Positions 33,746 through 46,847 of a stretch of 52,972 nucleotides of DNA are shown piece after piece; position 1 is the first letter of the stretch; each line of letters begins with the position of its first letter. The notes under the pieces are model-generated. The model searched no databases. It had not been told where the DNA came from and saw only the letters and a program-made list of their open reading frames with translations. Origin of the DNA: Dimorphilus gyrociliatus (lineage: Eukaryota > Animalia > Annelida). The position numbers and the translations under genes are program-made. The DNA lies in assembly GCA_904063045.1 (NCBI GenBank), contig CAJFCJ010000007.1, positions 4,567,867 to 4,620,838 of the forward strand, in the 5' to 3' direction.

Positions 33746-33995
33746 TGTTGAAGATCGGTTCTTCTACAATTACGAACTATGTATATTTACTGTCGGTAAC
33801 CGTATCAAACAGTTGCTGTATTCTAATGACCAAAGCTAATAATTATCACGTGTGGATACACATGATTACATAACTACGAGATTACGTCTCGTCATATGAC
33901 ACATGAGACTTGATACTTTTGTATATATATATATATATATATATATGTCTGACCACCACAACAACACCTACTGATCGCAATCAGGTTCTCAAACA
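33746..33995 (-). repeat. 5' LTR (250 bp)
   Basis: TGTTGAAG...CTCAAACA, matching 26735-26970. Confidence 0.95.
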
Positions 33996-34469
33996 AGTTG
34001 TATTGATAGTTTCTTTTATACAATATTTTTTTAAAAAGAACCTCTATCTAACTCCCTATTGCTTAAACCTCTTCCTTTATAAAAATAAACATTCACACTT
34101 GAATCTGTCCACAGATGGTTACTAATAACCTCAAAATGTTCCCTTAATTTATAAACAATTTTGCTATGTATAAATTTACTTTAATAAAACGTTTGATTAA
34201 TATATAGATTTATTAATTGAAAGTGAAATTAGTTCAATTAAATGTCAATTATACTTTAATTCAATTTTAACAAATGAAGTTATGCTATGAATATTTTTTT
34301 CTGTAGGATAGATGACTTGTGAAACATCAGGCAAAATTTTAGATAAATATCCATATTTTAAGTATCAGTTCTTCTCTCTGTTTTTACAATACTATGAATT
34401 TAGACTGCGATTTAGTAATTATAACGCTGTGCCAGTGACCTCATAATTACGAGTATTGTCAGTGAAAAA

Positions 34470-34740
34470 AAGCTGGCCTACTTTACATTCCTGTTTTAGT
34501 TGTATATTTTGGATCGATTCTTGTATCAAATGGCCTCTAATGTATTCCCTAAATGAGGGTAGAGTTTAATTTTGCCTTCATCACTGAATATCAATTTTCT
34601 CCAGATAATTTAGCTCCATTTAAATTGTTGATTACAAAGTTTTATTCATTTTCAATTTGCTTCCTTTGCAGGTCTGGCTTCTTGCAGCAATTCTCCCATT
34701 TGATTTAAATTTTTAAAGAATTTTTTTTCACACTGGATTA
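34470..34740 (-). pseudogene. Tc1-like transposase remnant
   Basis: IWRKLIFSDEGKIKL matches the first-aspartate motif W..VIFSDE of Tc1 transposases; flanks are degenerate. Boundaries approximate. Confidence 0.6.
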
Positions 34741-34819
34741 TGATTAATCAACAAAACCTCAATATTTCGTCCAAAGAATAAGTATTGAGTAAAATGAGCT
34801 TTCTAGCAAGTGAATTTGC

Positions 34820-34945
34820 CCAAATAATGATGCTGAAGCATGGCATAGGAGACTTAAAGAAAAAACTTACCTAATTCTTGCTTCTACTTATTAGTTGATT
34901 GCTTGAAGCATGAATCTTCTTTAATTCCAGTTTTTCTCAAGTAGG
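34820..34945 (+). pseudogene. MULE transposase C-terminal remnant
   Basis: PNNDAEAWHRRLK...LKHESSLIPVFLK parallels RTNNDVEGFHNRL...KRESDLVPLFQK of the 27-29 kb element. Confidence 0.6.
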
Positions 34946-34959
34946 CTCAGGTCAGGGCC

Positions 34960-35420
34960 CCTTGCTGGCCAATCAATTGGCTTGGTGTTCTTTCTGTATG
35001 GCAACCAGCATTATTTTGCTGGAAGTTGAATTTCATGCTCCTGTTTTCCTAAATCTCTTCTACGACAGAAGAACAGCTTCCACAATGAAGGAGCTGCAGT
35101 ATTCATCATCAATCTTCTCCTATCATCCAAACTTCGAATACCCTATCAGAGATTATCAACCACCACACCGATACTCTGCCTCTCCCATTATTTTTTTTCT
35201 GAAGTCCTTTTTGCTATTGTTTGTCCATGACCTAAAATCATTATGTCCACTTAGCAAACATCTAGCCTCATCAGTAAAAATAACTCTAGACCAGTTTAGT
35301 TTTGTCCTTTCAACTCCCTCTGAATTGTTCTGAGATTTACATCTACTTCTAATTCCTTTAATATCTTTGCTGCTGTCACCCTTTCCATGCTATATTTCAG
35401 TTTCTTCACAATCCTTTTCA
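34960..35420 (-). pseudogene. Tc1-like transposase remnant
   Basis: VNLRTIQREL, NWSRVIFTDEARCLLSG and FNFQQNNAGCH motifs with stops and frameshifts. Boundaries approximate. Confidence 0.7.
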
Positions 35421-37377
35421 TATTGGCTATCTCTCTGTCCAAAAGCTTTTTTATAATATACCTAATTCAATTTATATTAGTTTAGCATATTGAAATGGTT
35501 AATTCCTTGAATGATTTTTTTGAGTAGGTCACTTTAACATTAACCAATCACAATTTACATATTATCTTCAATTGAGTAAATTGAATATATTTAGGTTCTG
35601 GTAAAGGGCGAATAAAATAATATATCCTGTTTATTCTTATAAACATATACAAAGTGGGGTGCCATGACAATGAGAACAATAATTCGCATCTTAATATATA
35701 AGTGATATAAACACCTGAGAAAGTTAGAGCGCTTACTACTAGAGGAAATACATTTTTTCTTTTTCAAAACAGGAAAAGGAAATTGTAAAACAAAGTAATA
35801 CATATCTGGAACTACTATTGGTAAATATATTATTGATTTTATATTCCTTGTTTTTTGATGGAAAATTTTCTTTAAGTGGGCTGAAATATCCTAAAGTGGA
35901 GCGAAATGTTCTGGGCGGAAATGTCACTGCACCCTTCAAATTCAATACTTGAACATTGCAAAGTGATCTCTATAAAGAATGAAGGAACATGGAAAAAAGT
36001 TGGATTTGTAAAAGTCTTAGAGTTGTACTGACAATTCTATTACTAACTGAAGATTTTTTATTACTGAATAACTTTTCTTACAGTTTGTCGCACACCATTT
36101 TAATTAGGCCATAGGAACTTCTAACCAATTAGCATTCAGTAAATGTAGCTGTATAGACAGAAGAAGTAAATATTTTTTAATTTAACATGTATCTGTTAAT
36201 ATATAACTAATTTCTATCAAAATAATGAAACATTACAATTGCAAATCCAAGTTTTCCTATGTAAGTTAATAAATGCTAAAAAATTTAAAATCATTTAAAT
36301 TTCACCCTCAATTGAAGCCAACATTGTTAATATTTGTCTCTCATAGAGCTAGTTCATTTATGCTATTTAAACAGTTTAAAATCAGTAGATTGAATAAATA
36401 TTGTGGAAACTCTAATAAAATTCAATTTTTTAATTTAACTTTTCTCAGCTATTGGTAGGCCAACTTCGTTGAAATTGAGAATATGGGAAAAAGATTTTTT
36501 ACTGTAGTTATTCTGTAATTATCTTAAATGTTAAGATAATCAACAGTTGTGCAATACATATGAGTCGTTTTAACCTATTTCCATATTTTGCGCCTCTAAT
36601 TCAATTCCAACTGTTTTAATGCAATGTCCATAATATTTGATTATGATAACTTGGAAATTTAACTGGATTTTCTTCACACGCGGCAGGTGTTTTGGTTGAT
36701 ACTGTCAATGCTACTCTAGCAAATAGAGGTTATGACGTAACCAAACAATTCAGATTCTTTATAGATTCTTTTAAGTAAAATATGGGATATTCCTGTGTGC
36801 AGCAATTAGAAAAGTGTGAGAAAAGCTCTCCTCCACTTTTTTTTGTTTGGAATCAGAGTGATATTGTCTACATATTCCTTTTCTGTTTTAGCCATATTTC
36901 TGAAAGATTTTTGTGGCTACTGCAATCATTGTATAATCTCTGAAAACTACTTATACACGTATACTGTATACTGGATTCCCTACCAGTATGGCGACAATTG
37001 CCTGGACAATATTATCTATTCCAGTATTCTTCTTAGATCAAAACCGCCCCAATACTTTGCCAAAAGAATTGAGATAACAAACGCGCATTGGCCGTAGTGG
37101 AGGAAATGAAGCCCAATTGATGAACCTCAGATATAAATAGCTATCATAATTAATAATTAATTTAATTAAGAGTAACTGTACTAGTTGCCATTACTTTTAT
37201 TACGCATTCTTTCAAATAAAATATTCAATGTCTACTGTTAGAATGAATATAAAACATTATTGGACAAGAATACTGTTTTACTTAAAGATTTTTTCGTTTA
37301 TATTGATACTAAATATTCTGAAAGTACAAATTAATGCTCCATAAGTTCATTACAGTTTGTCTCATCGATTCTTAAGG

Positions 37378-37410
<33 letters not shown>

Positions 37411-37448
37411 ATTTCATTTTTAAATAAAAGTTTCTTTCAACAAGACAA

Positions 37449-37962
37449 ATGTTTCGTAAAATTTCAACAACTATGGAAAAAAACTTGGTGGTGCTGAGTT
37501 TCATATTTTCTTGGCAATTTCAACATATAGATGGAGAAACTGGTAAATATTAAACAATTATAACATTTTTTCAGCACTTGTTCACTTGCAAATACTTATT
37601 TTTGATTTCATTTCAGTTTGTTGGTATACAGGTAATTACATACTTACTGAAAACCATTATGCGTACCTACAAGTGATTACTGTGCCTGAATGGGGTACTC
37701 ATATCACTGCATTGTCAGTCGACGAATGTAAAGCGTACTGCAACAGCAATGATCAGTGCCTGTTTGTAGCCTACAGATAAAGATTAACTATATCAAATTA
37801 AATTTTACATTTTTTTTAATTAACAGTTCATTTGACTATAAAAACGATGCGCTTTGTAGTCCAAATACTTGTACAAAATTGACAGCTTTACAATTTAAGA
37901 AGGATAACGCCTATGATTTTTATGAAAAAGAAAAGAAATGCAGTAAATATACTTCATTTTAA
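37449..37962 (+). CDS. Small secreted PAN/Apple-like domain protein (splicing partly unresolved)
   Basis: Signal-like MEKNLVVLSFIFSWQFQHIDG, donor at 37543, exon with SVDECKAYCNSNDQCLFVAY, then an exon with DYKNDALC...YDFYEK. The second donor would have to be non-canonical (AT at 37777), so this may be a pseudogene. Confidence 0.45.
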
Positions 37963-39486
37963 TATTCATAGTTCATTTTCATATATCATCATGATTTTAA
38001 ACTAAGAAGAGGTGACTTTCTATCATAAATTACATATTTGCTTCAACATATTTAATCTTAATTATACTCCAAAAAGTTAATCTTTTGGATTCTTTAGCCG
38101 CTTTCATAATAGCTTTTATAATATCTAATCATTATTATCAGCAATTTTTTCATTATTCATGCGCATAATCGAAAAAATATTGTCTATTCATCGACCTTTT
38201 GCGAGTTGAACAGTTGAATATTTCTAGACAACTTTCTACATAATGCTTAATAAACAATGGTATTTATAGATAATTTTAATAATTAAACAGCTTTTTATGT
38301 GAATTTTCTCCAATTATTTACTTATGTGATATTGTATTTTCAGCATTTTCGTTTCAGAACAATATCAATTATAACAGAAGACTTAAACAAAGCATTATCA
38401 AAGTGACCTTCATTTTCTCCATTATAACAGATATAACAAAATGCTGATAATATGTAAAACAAAGCTATCAAGGCACACTTCCTATTTCAAACAGTATTTT
38501 ATATACAGTCAGAGACGTGTGATACCTTTTTTTGACAATTTTTACTATTTTGAAAAGTGCAATTTGTCTTTACGCAATAATTTTTTAGTAATAACTCTAA
38601 TTCCATAGATGTCTTTGTTTTCTTCATATTTTGTCATCCTTATAAATAATATCAGCCAATTTCAAATTAACTTTAACTGACATACGACTTTTATATAAAT
38701 TTGAAATTAGAAAGATAATATCTTTGTATATATTTATATTTACACAAACTTTTCAATTATTTAATTATGTTCAAAATAGAGAAATAGGCAGATATTTATC
38801 AGTAAAGATAATCAAAAGCTAGTTTATTCAAAATATTAGCAAGGCAAGTTGACTGCAGTTCAACTGTCTCTATCAAATTTTCAGCCTGATTCAGGATGTG
38901 TTCTGGGTCTTCTGTGCCAGACTCACTCCACAACACCTGCCACACGCTCACAGAAGAATACAAGAAAACAATAAGACTATGGTTGTAGATATATATTTAG
39001 TATCAAATAACCTTTTTTTTCAGAAATCAGTTTTCTCATTCCTCACCGAAACCCCATCCTACAAACCCAACTAAAATATTAACAAAGTGGCAAAATGTTG
39101 TTATTTCATTTATTAAAAAAAAATAGTTTCTATTCATAGAAGACATATTTTCAATTTTTATTTTGTCTTTGATGAAATGAAAGCATTTCTCTTTTGTAGA
39201 ATTTTTCTTACTACCATTCCCAATGATGAAATATCTTTTTTTTCACTTTCCACTGTTTTGAAACTGACATTTTTCAAATCTATATTAAAAGTTTTTTCTT
39301 TCTCCTAGAAAAGTAATATAATATAATATATTATGTCAATCTCTCTCTAATATATTTATTAAACTTGTTGGAATCCAACAGAAAGGCTACCCATGTGTTC
39401 TGGATCCTTTAAAATGGATCCATAACTTACTAAACTGGTGTTATTGTTTTTATGGTAAAAAAAATGTTATAGCTGAGAATCATCCA

Positions 39487-39891
39487 CTAAAAAGTTCTGC
39501 CCTCATTTAACTGCCTACATCTAATTGCAATTTTTGGGAATTTATTCTGTCGCCTCCATACTAGTTGTTGTAAGCCACTAGCCTCATAAAAAACGTCATC
39601 TAGGTTAAACTCTCCATTCATAGAAAAATCTTGTGAATGAATGAACATAAATGCATTTGTAAGTTGCAAGCAGCAATAAATCCATTTGTTTGTGAAAAAG
39701 AATGACTTTTGAATGTCTAATTTATGAAAGGAACCTTGTAAATCATAAAGGAATAGATAATTACTTTTTCTTTTTCTCAGAAGAGAAGTAACTGAAAAAA
39801 AGATAGAATTTTAATTAGGTCAATTGTGAAAATGTGTTCTTTTCTACATTTCTTATAATTATCTATTGATACCATCTTAATCAAGTCATTT
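39487..39891 (-). CDS. Gene C terminal exons: 44-nt linker exon (39848-39891) plus kinase-like exon (39487-39791)
   Basis: RNDLIKMVSIDNYKK-F-TSLLRKRKSNYLFLYDLQGSFHKL...CCLQLTNAFMFIHSQDFSMNGEFNLDDVFY...KIAIRCRQLNEG follows the kinase subdomain V-VIb pattern (YLV.E...GSL; Q...AL.FLHS...HGDL..NV). Confidence 0.72.
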
Positions 39892-42800
39892 CTGGTATAT
39901 TTTGATGAAAAATTTTGGAGATTAACAACAAAATAAAAGAAACAAAAAGAAAAATATTAGAAGACCTTTTTTGGATGGAATGTGACTTTTTTTCAGATAA
40001 TGTGGAAAAAAACTCTTCAACAATTGAAATAATAGGATTTATTATTGAATTTAACGGCAGGAGTAGGGAGATCATTAAACTATAGACATCATTTTTTATT
40101 GTTATATCATTCATTAAGGATAGTATTCCTATATAGAAAATGGGAACATTATTGACATAGATAGATGGATAGAAAACTCACTGACCCATCACTGAAAATG
40201 GTAGCCAAACAGCCAAATTTGAAAATGTTAGTATTTTAATACTAACTTTAACATTCTTGGAAGGATTATCTAAATTTCTATTCTGTGAAAATTTCTTGCC
40301 AAGTTTTCTTACAACAAAAATTAAATGAATGTATAAAATTGAAATGAAAAAACTAAAAAGTGGTATAATTATTCCAAAGAGAATGAATGATAGAATCCAT
40401 CCATCCTGTTTCTTGCTCCTTATATGAACATTGAAACAGACTGGTGTATGACTGAACACATTCTAATATAAGATTTATACTTTTGTTATTAATTGACTGT
40501 AAACTTTTGACAAAAACATCTTTCTTACTCGATTTACAATCAAAGGAACTGCAGATACTAATATTGAAACTGTAGTTGTACAAGCTATTGCCCTTTTTGA
40601 ACAGACAATCAAAACGATATTGCCAAATGGATTGGTGATTGCCTGGTGTCTTTCAAATGTCATGATTACCATACTGATTGTTGAAATGAGCAAAGAAAAT
40701 GTCATCATTGTCCCTAAGGTTTTGCATAGCAAACTATTACGCCAATATTCATCATGTTCAAGGTAAGTGCCAAAGAAATATAGATCAGTAATATCTAAAG
40801 AAAGAATGTAGAGAGATGTTAACAAATTGCCAATAATTAAAAGTAGATGAAAATATTTTGAATTTGAATTTTTCTTTGATGCAAATATCAATTTTAAAGA
40901 AAGTAAATTTCCAATAATTCCCAATATTCCATAAAACCAATAGAGAGCTCTCTTAAAATTTGAGCTTATTAAACTGGAACATGTGTGGAATATAGCAGAA
41001 GATGGTTCGCATCTGATATTTTTCCCTAGAAATTTCCAACAGAAACAGCAAAGTATATAACTATTTCCATGGACAATTTTCACTTTGTTTAAGTATTTAA
41101 TAACATTACGAAGATATACTGTTGGTATTTTTGAATTGTTTAGGATGAGAACAATAATATTAGGGAATTTTGAAAATGTTTCACTTTCAATCATTTTTAT
41201 ACGACAATTCATCATTTTGAAAAGACGCAGATGTGGATTGAATTTTAAATGAATTGAACGTATTGATTGAATATTTGTATTAGAAATATCAAAATATAAT
41301 AAATTGGAGCTGTTTAAAACATTTAAAAATGATAATGAGCTAATCATCATATTCTGGCCTATATATAAATATTGTAAAATGTTTAATGGCTGATTTAGAA
41401 ATTCTGTTCCATCAGTTAAACTACTATTGAAAATATTCAAATAGACAAGATTTGGTGTTTTAACAACAATTTCATTCAAATATCCAGGATTGTTGTTTAT
41501 TTTCAAATATGTTAGTGATTTTGTATTTGGAATAATTGAAAGTTGAAAATTCCCATCAAAAATCAATGTTTTAATTTCATCTATTCCTTGGCTCTTTGTA
41601 GGAAATGATTTTAAATTTTTTAGCCAAGTTCTTCCTTTACAGATCAAGGTAAAAAAGTTACTTTGATAACAGCCATTTAATTGAATATTTGGTGGAGAGC
41701 ATAAAATTTCATCACTTCCCTTTAAACAATCAACAATATCATTACATATTTGCTGCTGCACAAGGTATTTCGTTTCGTTTTGACATTTGAAAAATCCTTT
41801 TATTTGAATATTTTCTATCAGAGAAAAGATTAATGATTTTTTTCATTAACTAGAATGGTTTTTTTCTACCGCAATTGTCTTCATCATCCCCTAAGAAACA
41901 GTGATTTATTCCATCGCAAATGAGCTCCACCTCAATACAATAGTTATCTGTGGAACAAAGATAATACCCAGGTGGACAAGTGCGAATATTGCACAATTCA
42001 GTACGAGAGAAGAGATCTGTAAATATCTGCCCTTTTGAATTAGTGTTCACCATACATCTATAGTTTGGTTTTCTAGAAATACGTTCATCTTCTTTGTTAA
42101 AACAATCGTATTTTCCATCACCAACCAATTCAATGGGAAGACACTTTTTATTGCATTCGATTTGGCTATCGTTATTACAATCTGCCAGAGATAAAAAATT
42201 GTATTCAATTTTTTGTCAAGTTCGTCAAGTTGATAGTTTCTTTATACTTGTCTTGTAAGTTTCCAAAATGGTATCCTTATGAAAGCAGTTTTCATCGCTT
42301 TTGTCAAAGCAATGCATTTCATTATCGCATACCTTCTCAGATTTGATACATTGACTCTTGTCATTGCATAAACTAAAAAACTAGAAAAATGATTCAACTG
42401 GTTAGAAATTAGAGAAAATACCTATATCCTTTAGGGCACTTCTTCAGATTCTATTGAAAGGAAAAACAGAAAGGAAAATAACAAGAGATAATGAATACAA
42501 ATTTAAATAAGAATGGCTAGATAACAGGAAATTTTTGAAGTTAATAGTAATATACTAGTATTTTCTTTCCTATTCTCATTCAATTAGTTATGAATTATTT
42601 CTACTGCAAACCGCAAAAAATTTCATCTAATCCATTGGCGCAATCTTTGACATAATTGCAAACAAACACTGTGCTGATAGTTTCATTACGCAACAGGCAA
42701 TTGAACCTGTTTTTAGCTAAAGAAAAAACCGCATTGTTATCTGAACATAACCAATGAATTAATGATACTCACCCAGATTAGGTAAAACTGAAAAAGAATT

Positions 42801-45800
42801 TTCCAATGTACTTAATTCATCAATGCAATTATCTTCATCATCCCCAAATAAACAATCCCTATTTCCATCGCATATGTAAGCAATATTTATATATATACCA
42901 GTTTTTTCACACAACACAGTATTCTCTGCATTTTGGAATAGAAAAAAATAAAACAGTGTAAACATCATAGTGCAACAAGTTGAATGAACAAGGCCTAATG
43001 AAATATCAAGGTACTTTTTGACAAACAGTCCAAGCAGTTATGATTTTAAAACAATTGAAATCTTTTAAATAAATGTGTGATAGTTGTCTTGAAATCTAAA
43101 TTTTAAAACAACATATCAAAGAGAGAGAGAGACAGAGAGACAGAGAGAAAAGGTGTATTCATACACTGTATTCGTATTTATAACACAGGCTTGAACATTC
43201 AAAAATGTTTGCGTTATCTGGATTACTGTACTCAACAAGTTGTTGGTTCATTAATTGTTTACTGCCTTTAGTCTTCGAATGCATGGCAAAGTTATTAAGT
43301 AATTAACAATTTAAAGAGGAGAGTTCTTCTTTGTTAACTCACCTTTTCATAAATTAATTTTGGGAGATTACCACTAAATCCACTTGCTGTTGTTAATTTT
43401 CCATATCCTCTTTTGTTCTTAGCATTTCTCATTACTTTATTTGCAAAATTTCAAATTAAAAAATAACAGTGATAAAGAATTAAAATAGAAATAAATTTTC
43501 ATACTTGAATATCCAATGAAGGTATTAATAAGCTCTTTTTGTCTATAAATGTCAGCTGGCAATTGGAGAAAATTTGAAAGGAAAATTATCACAAATGACT
43601 GATGATAAGTGGGAAAGTCTGCCATTGTTAAATTATATTTCTCTCTACAAACTGAAGCCATCTCAATAATTGACAGAGCTTTGTCATTTTTTAATAAGAT
43701 ATAGCAAACATCATATAGTATAAAAACATATTTGCCATGGCAACCTTTGTTTTGGATAAAACGACAGAAATGTATTGAAATAAAAAAATATTATGGGGAA
43801 ATTAACTCAGCTTCTCCTTCATTGAACATTCAATGTTGAATGGTAAAAAGATGTGTCTATTCCTATCCAAAATGTTAGTTAAATTATTTTTATAGTTTTT
43901 AAGATGATGAATTTTTTTTACAAAATTGTTCACCTATATTCAATGACTTTGCAATCTGTTAAGATTCTGGCTCTGTTTCCACAAGAAATTGTTTCGTAGC
44001 GAATGCCTCTGTACTCTAATTGTTTGACTGAATTTGAAAAATAGAAAAAATTGGTGACACGGCAAAGAATAAATCTTGAACCAACATTCTAGATAAATAT
44101 TTTCCAATTTGTCAATATAAGAATGAACAATTGTACCATAATTAAAACCAAATTTTGAACAAACAAATTGTACTTCTGAAAACTGAAGATATTGAAATGT
44201 ATGCCATTTCTTGCCATCAAATTTTTCAAGACTTCGGGTAAAACTTGTATAGTTGTGATGAGATTCCAGCAATAAAACTCCATATTGTTTATGGTTCAGT
44301 TTATAGGCTGTTTATATTTTTCATCGTAAACGCTTTGTTCTATTGTCAATTAATCAGAATAATTACTGTAGCTAGCAAACCTTTCACATTTTGGTATGAG
44401 AATTTGAACAGATGTTCTTCTAGATCTTCTTTTGAGAATACAATGAGAACTTTGGAAATTATTCAAAAAAGGACTCTACCGGCAGTATTTCATTATTTTA
44501 AAAAAGATTGATGACAGACAGATGATTGTTTACTTATCCTTACTGTATCAGAGAATTTCTTTGAATAGCAAGAACCAGTAATCAGTATCTTTGATAATTG
44601 ATTACATAGGTAAAAACATCCATCTAAAGATGACATTTTACTATAAAAGATAGGAGGAGTAATACCAAACGTTTTGCTTTCCAAAACAAAAATTTCTTTT
44701 AGACCAAGTTTGTATTTGAATTTGGTTGCATTAAATTTAGAAAAGTAGAAATTCTTGATTTTTGAAAGTGAAATTTTCATTTCTAAAAAATCAGTTGTAT
44801 ATTTGGAAGAAGAAGATAAAGAAGAAGGAACCTTGTATATCCAACTGTGTACAATTTATGAAATATTTTTGAACATTTCCTTGAAAATCTCCTTGAATTA
44901 ATTTAATTGAATCACTTTTGAATATAATAGCAAATTTATTGGAAATAGAAGTAATTTCTATTTTAATATTTTCGCCTTTCAATTTTATAAAATCACTTTT
45001 CTTACAGTGATATTTATTATTTTTTTCATTGGAATAAAGATGATAATTTTCACTATTGTCTCTCAAAAAAAGAGTAAAGGAATCAAGAGAATTCTCTTTG
45101 GAGAATATATCTGAAATATTGGGAAAAAAATTGATAATTGAAATATTTTATGTTTAAAAACCAACATGCAACATTCCTTCTATAGCATTTTAAAATTGAT
45201 CCAAAATTTGATTGATAATTTTGAAAATAGCTGTTTTTTGTTAATTTTAAAATTAATTTATTAAAATCAATAATTAAAAACCAACAATACGCATTTTTTG
45301 AATGAAAGGAATTTTCGAGTAGAAACAAAGTATGAACTTTTTTTTTGTAAAAGAAAATAATTGAATTAGGAATGAAATGAATCGTAACCCATTCTTTTGC
45401 AGATTTCATTACCAACTTTAAATGGCATATCATTGTATTGGTAATATCTAGTAAAATTTTCATTTTCCTGCTGAACTGTCAAAATACCAATTACATATTT
45501 TTCCCTATCTTCAACAACACTAAGAGGGACTTTGGCCATTTGACAACTCTGCCATCCAATTGCTGGGTACAATTGAAAAGAAACGCTGACAAAATGATAT
45601 CTAAGTCTTAAAATTTTAAAGTTTATACAATTTGATGCAACCACAATGATTTCCTCTTTTAATTTCCCCATTTTTAGGTTGCAATTCACTATTTTCTTAT
45701 TTTTTGATCGGCAACCTATTATGTAGGGATGAATTCTCTGTTCAAAAACCTAAAAAACAAACTCATATCTACAATGAAAAACAGCCTATAAAACTAGTCA

Positions 45801-46847
45801 CCAACATGTATTGAATGTTTATAGGAAGAGCAGGACAGCACTTCAGGATTTCTCGGACTGAGACTACAAATATATTGGCAGGCATCTTCACGACTGGTAT
45901 TGAAATGGAACAATGCTGGTATTCTTCCATGTAGCCTTGATTGGAAATTATATGATGATCTAAACGAAACAAAACTAGGTGGTACAGAGCTAAATAAGTT
46001 TGCTATAATATCTGAAAAGAATTTTTTATACATTGAAATAAAAGTTGAAAGAATAATAGACAATAAAAACCATTGAAATCTGCAAATGTGCAAGTTTTTA
46101 TCCTTGAAAAAGAAGAAAAAGTAAAGGATTCTGATGATGATGAATTTTGAATAATCTTTGACATACTTTGATCAGAATTGATATAAATAGAAGCCATTCC
46201 TTCAATATCTTTATCCGACATATAATTATCTTCTATTATGTAGAAGAGAGACTTTTTACATACAATACTTTTGGATGAATTATAATTGTGAATTGCATAA
46301 ATTCTATCTCTATTATCGCTCAAATATAAATTGTATACATCGTTTAAAATGTATGCAGCAAATATATCTGTAAAATACTGACATTGAATTTTGAAATCAA
46401 AAATTTACAATAAAGAAGAAGGCATATAACTCAATCAATTGATTACATGATATTGATCTTTTAACACAAGACAATTTAAGGGAAAAGCATGCTTTTCTTC
46501 CTCTTTCTACCGTGTATGATAAATTATTATTCCCCACTCTGTCTCCAATTGAAATAAAGATATTTTTTATCACATTTCTCTCTGGCCAATGTAGAGAGTA
46601 TAAGGAATTGTATCCCAAATCAGAGCAAATCAAATTAGTCACAGGGATTGGTAAACGTTTGTAGCAAAAATACACAGGACTCTTAATATCATTTAATTTT
46701 GCCTGTAAAACACCTGAGACAATCGGACCTTTTGTATTTGATATTTTCAGATATTACACTTTTAGGATCACTATTAACACTTTGATGTGCATAAAAAACA
46801 ATAGAAAAATAGCACAATCTTTTAATTACTGAAATAATTGAGAGCAT
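39487..46847 (-). CDS. Receptor gene C: third paralog (SRCR-like/lectin-like/LDLa/LRR/7TM/kinase-like), with a 1-nt frameshift after the signal peptide
   Basis: ATG at 46847 (MLSIISVIKRLCYFSIVFY). SRCR-like ICSDLGY, ICKRMGY, VCSKFGF. CTL-like VCREKYNLTMADF. At least four LDLa repeats (e.g. CDGNRDCLFGDDEDNC, CDGINHCFLGDDEDNC). LRRs; hinge LCCF..CEPSSAIFHTCSSLI; 7TM with TFERH and PLNSIINPII. Introns 41815-41869, 40463-40528, 40129-40185, 39892-39965 and 39792-39847 read with GT..AG and consistent phase. Confidence 0.85.

Larger units (their letters stand above)
26735..33995 (-). mobile_element. Bel/Pao LTR retrotransposon (decayed), with a nested MULE
   Basis: Two LTRs with TGTT...AACA ends. 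A polypurine tract lies on the minus strand next to the left LTR. Internal protease-RT-RNaseH-integrase order with the Bel/Pao motifs YDPLG and a DUF5641-like C-terminus. No matching TSD and no clear PBS were found. Confidence 0.9.

Noticed and set aside
36816-37097. ORF with KPPQYFAKRIEITNAHW, faintly like the end of a discoidin (F5/8C) domain
   Set aside because: Similarity is limited to a few residues and there is no supporting exon structure.
38850-38990. Exon-like minus-strand stretch (FCERVAGVWSESGTEDPEHILNQAE) downstream of gene C
   Set aside because: It could be a further exon of C or another gene, but I found no in-frame splice path.
39520-39583. Possible GC-AG intron (GAG|GCTAGT) in gene C at the position of B's intron 14817-14874
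   Set aside because: Every nearby acceptor leads to a stop within a short distance, while the unspliced frame aligns with B (KIA.R...LN.G).
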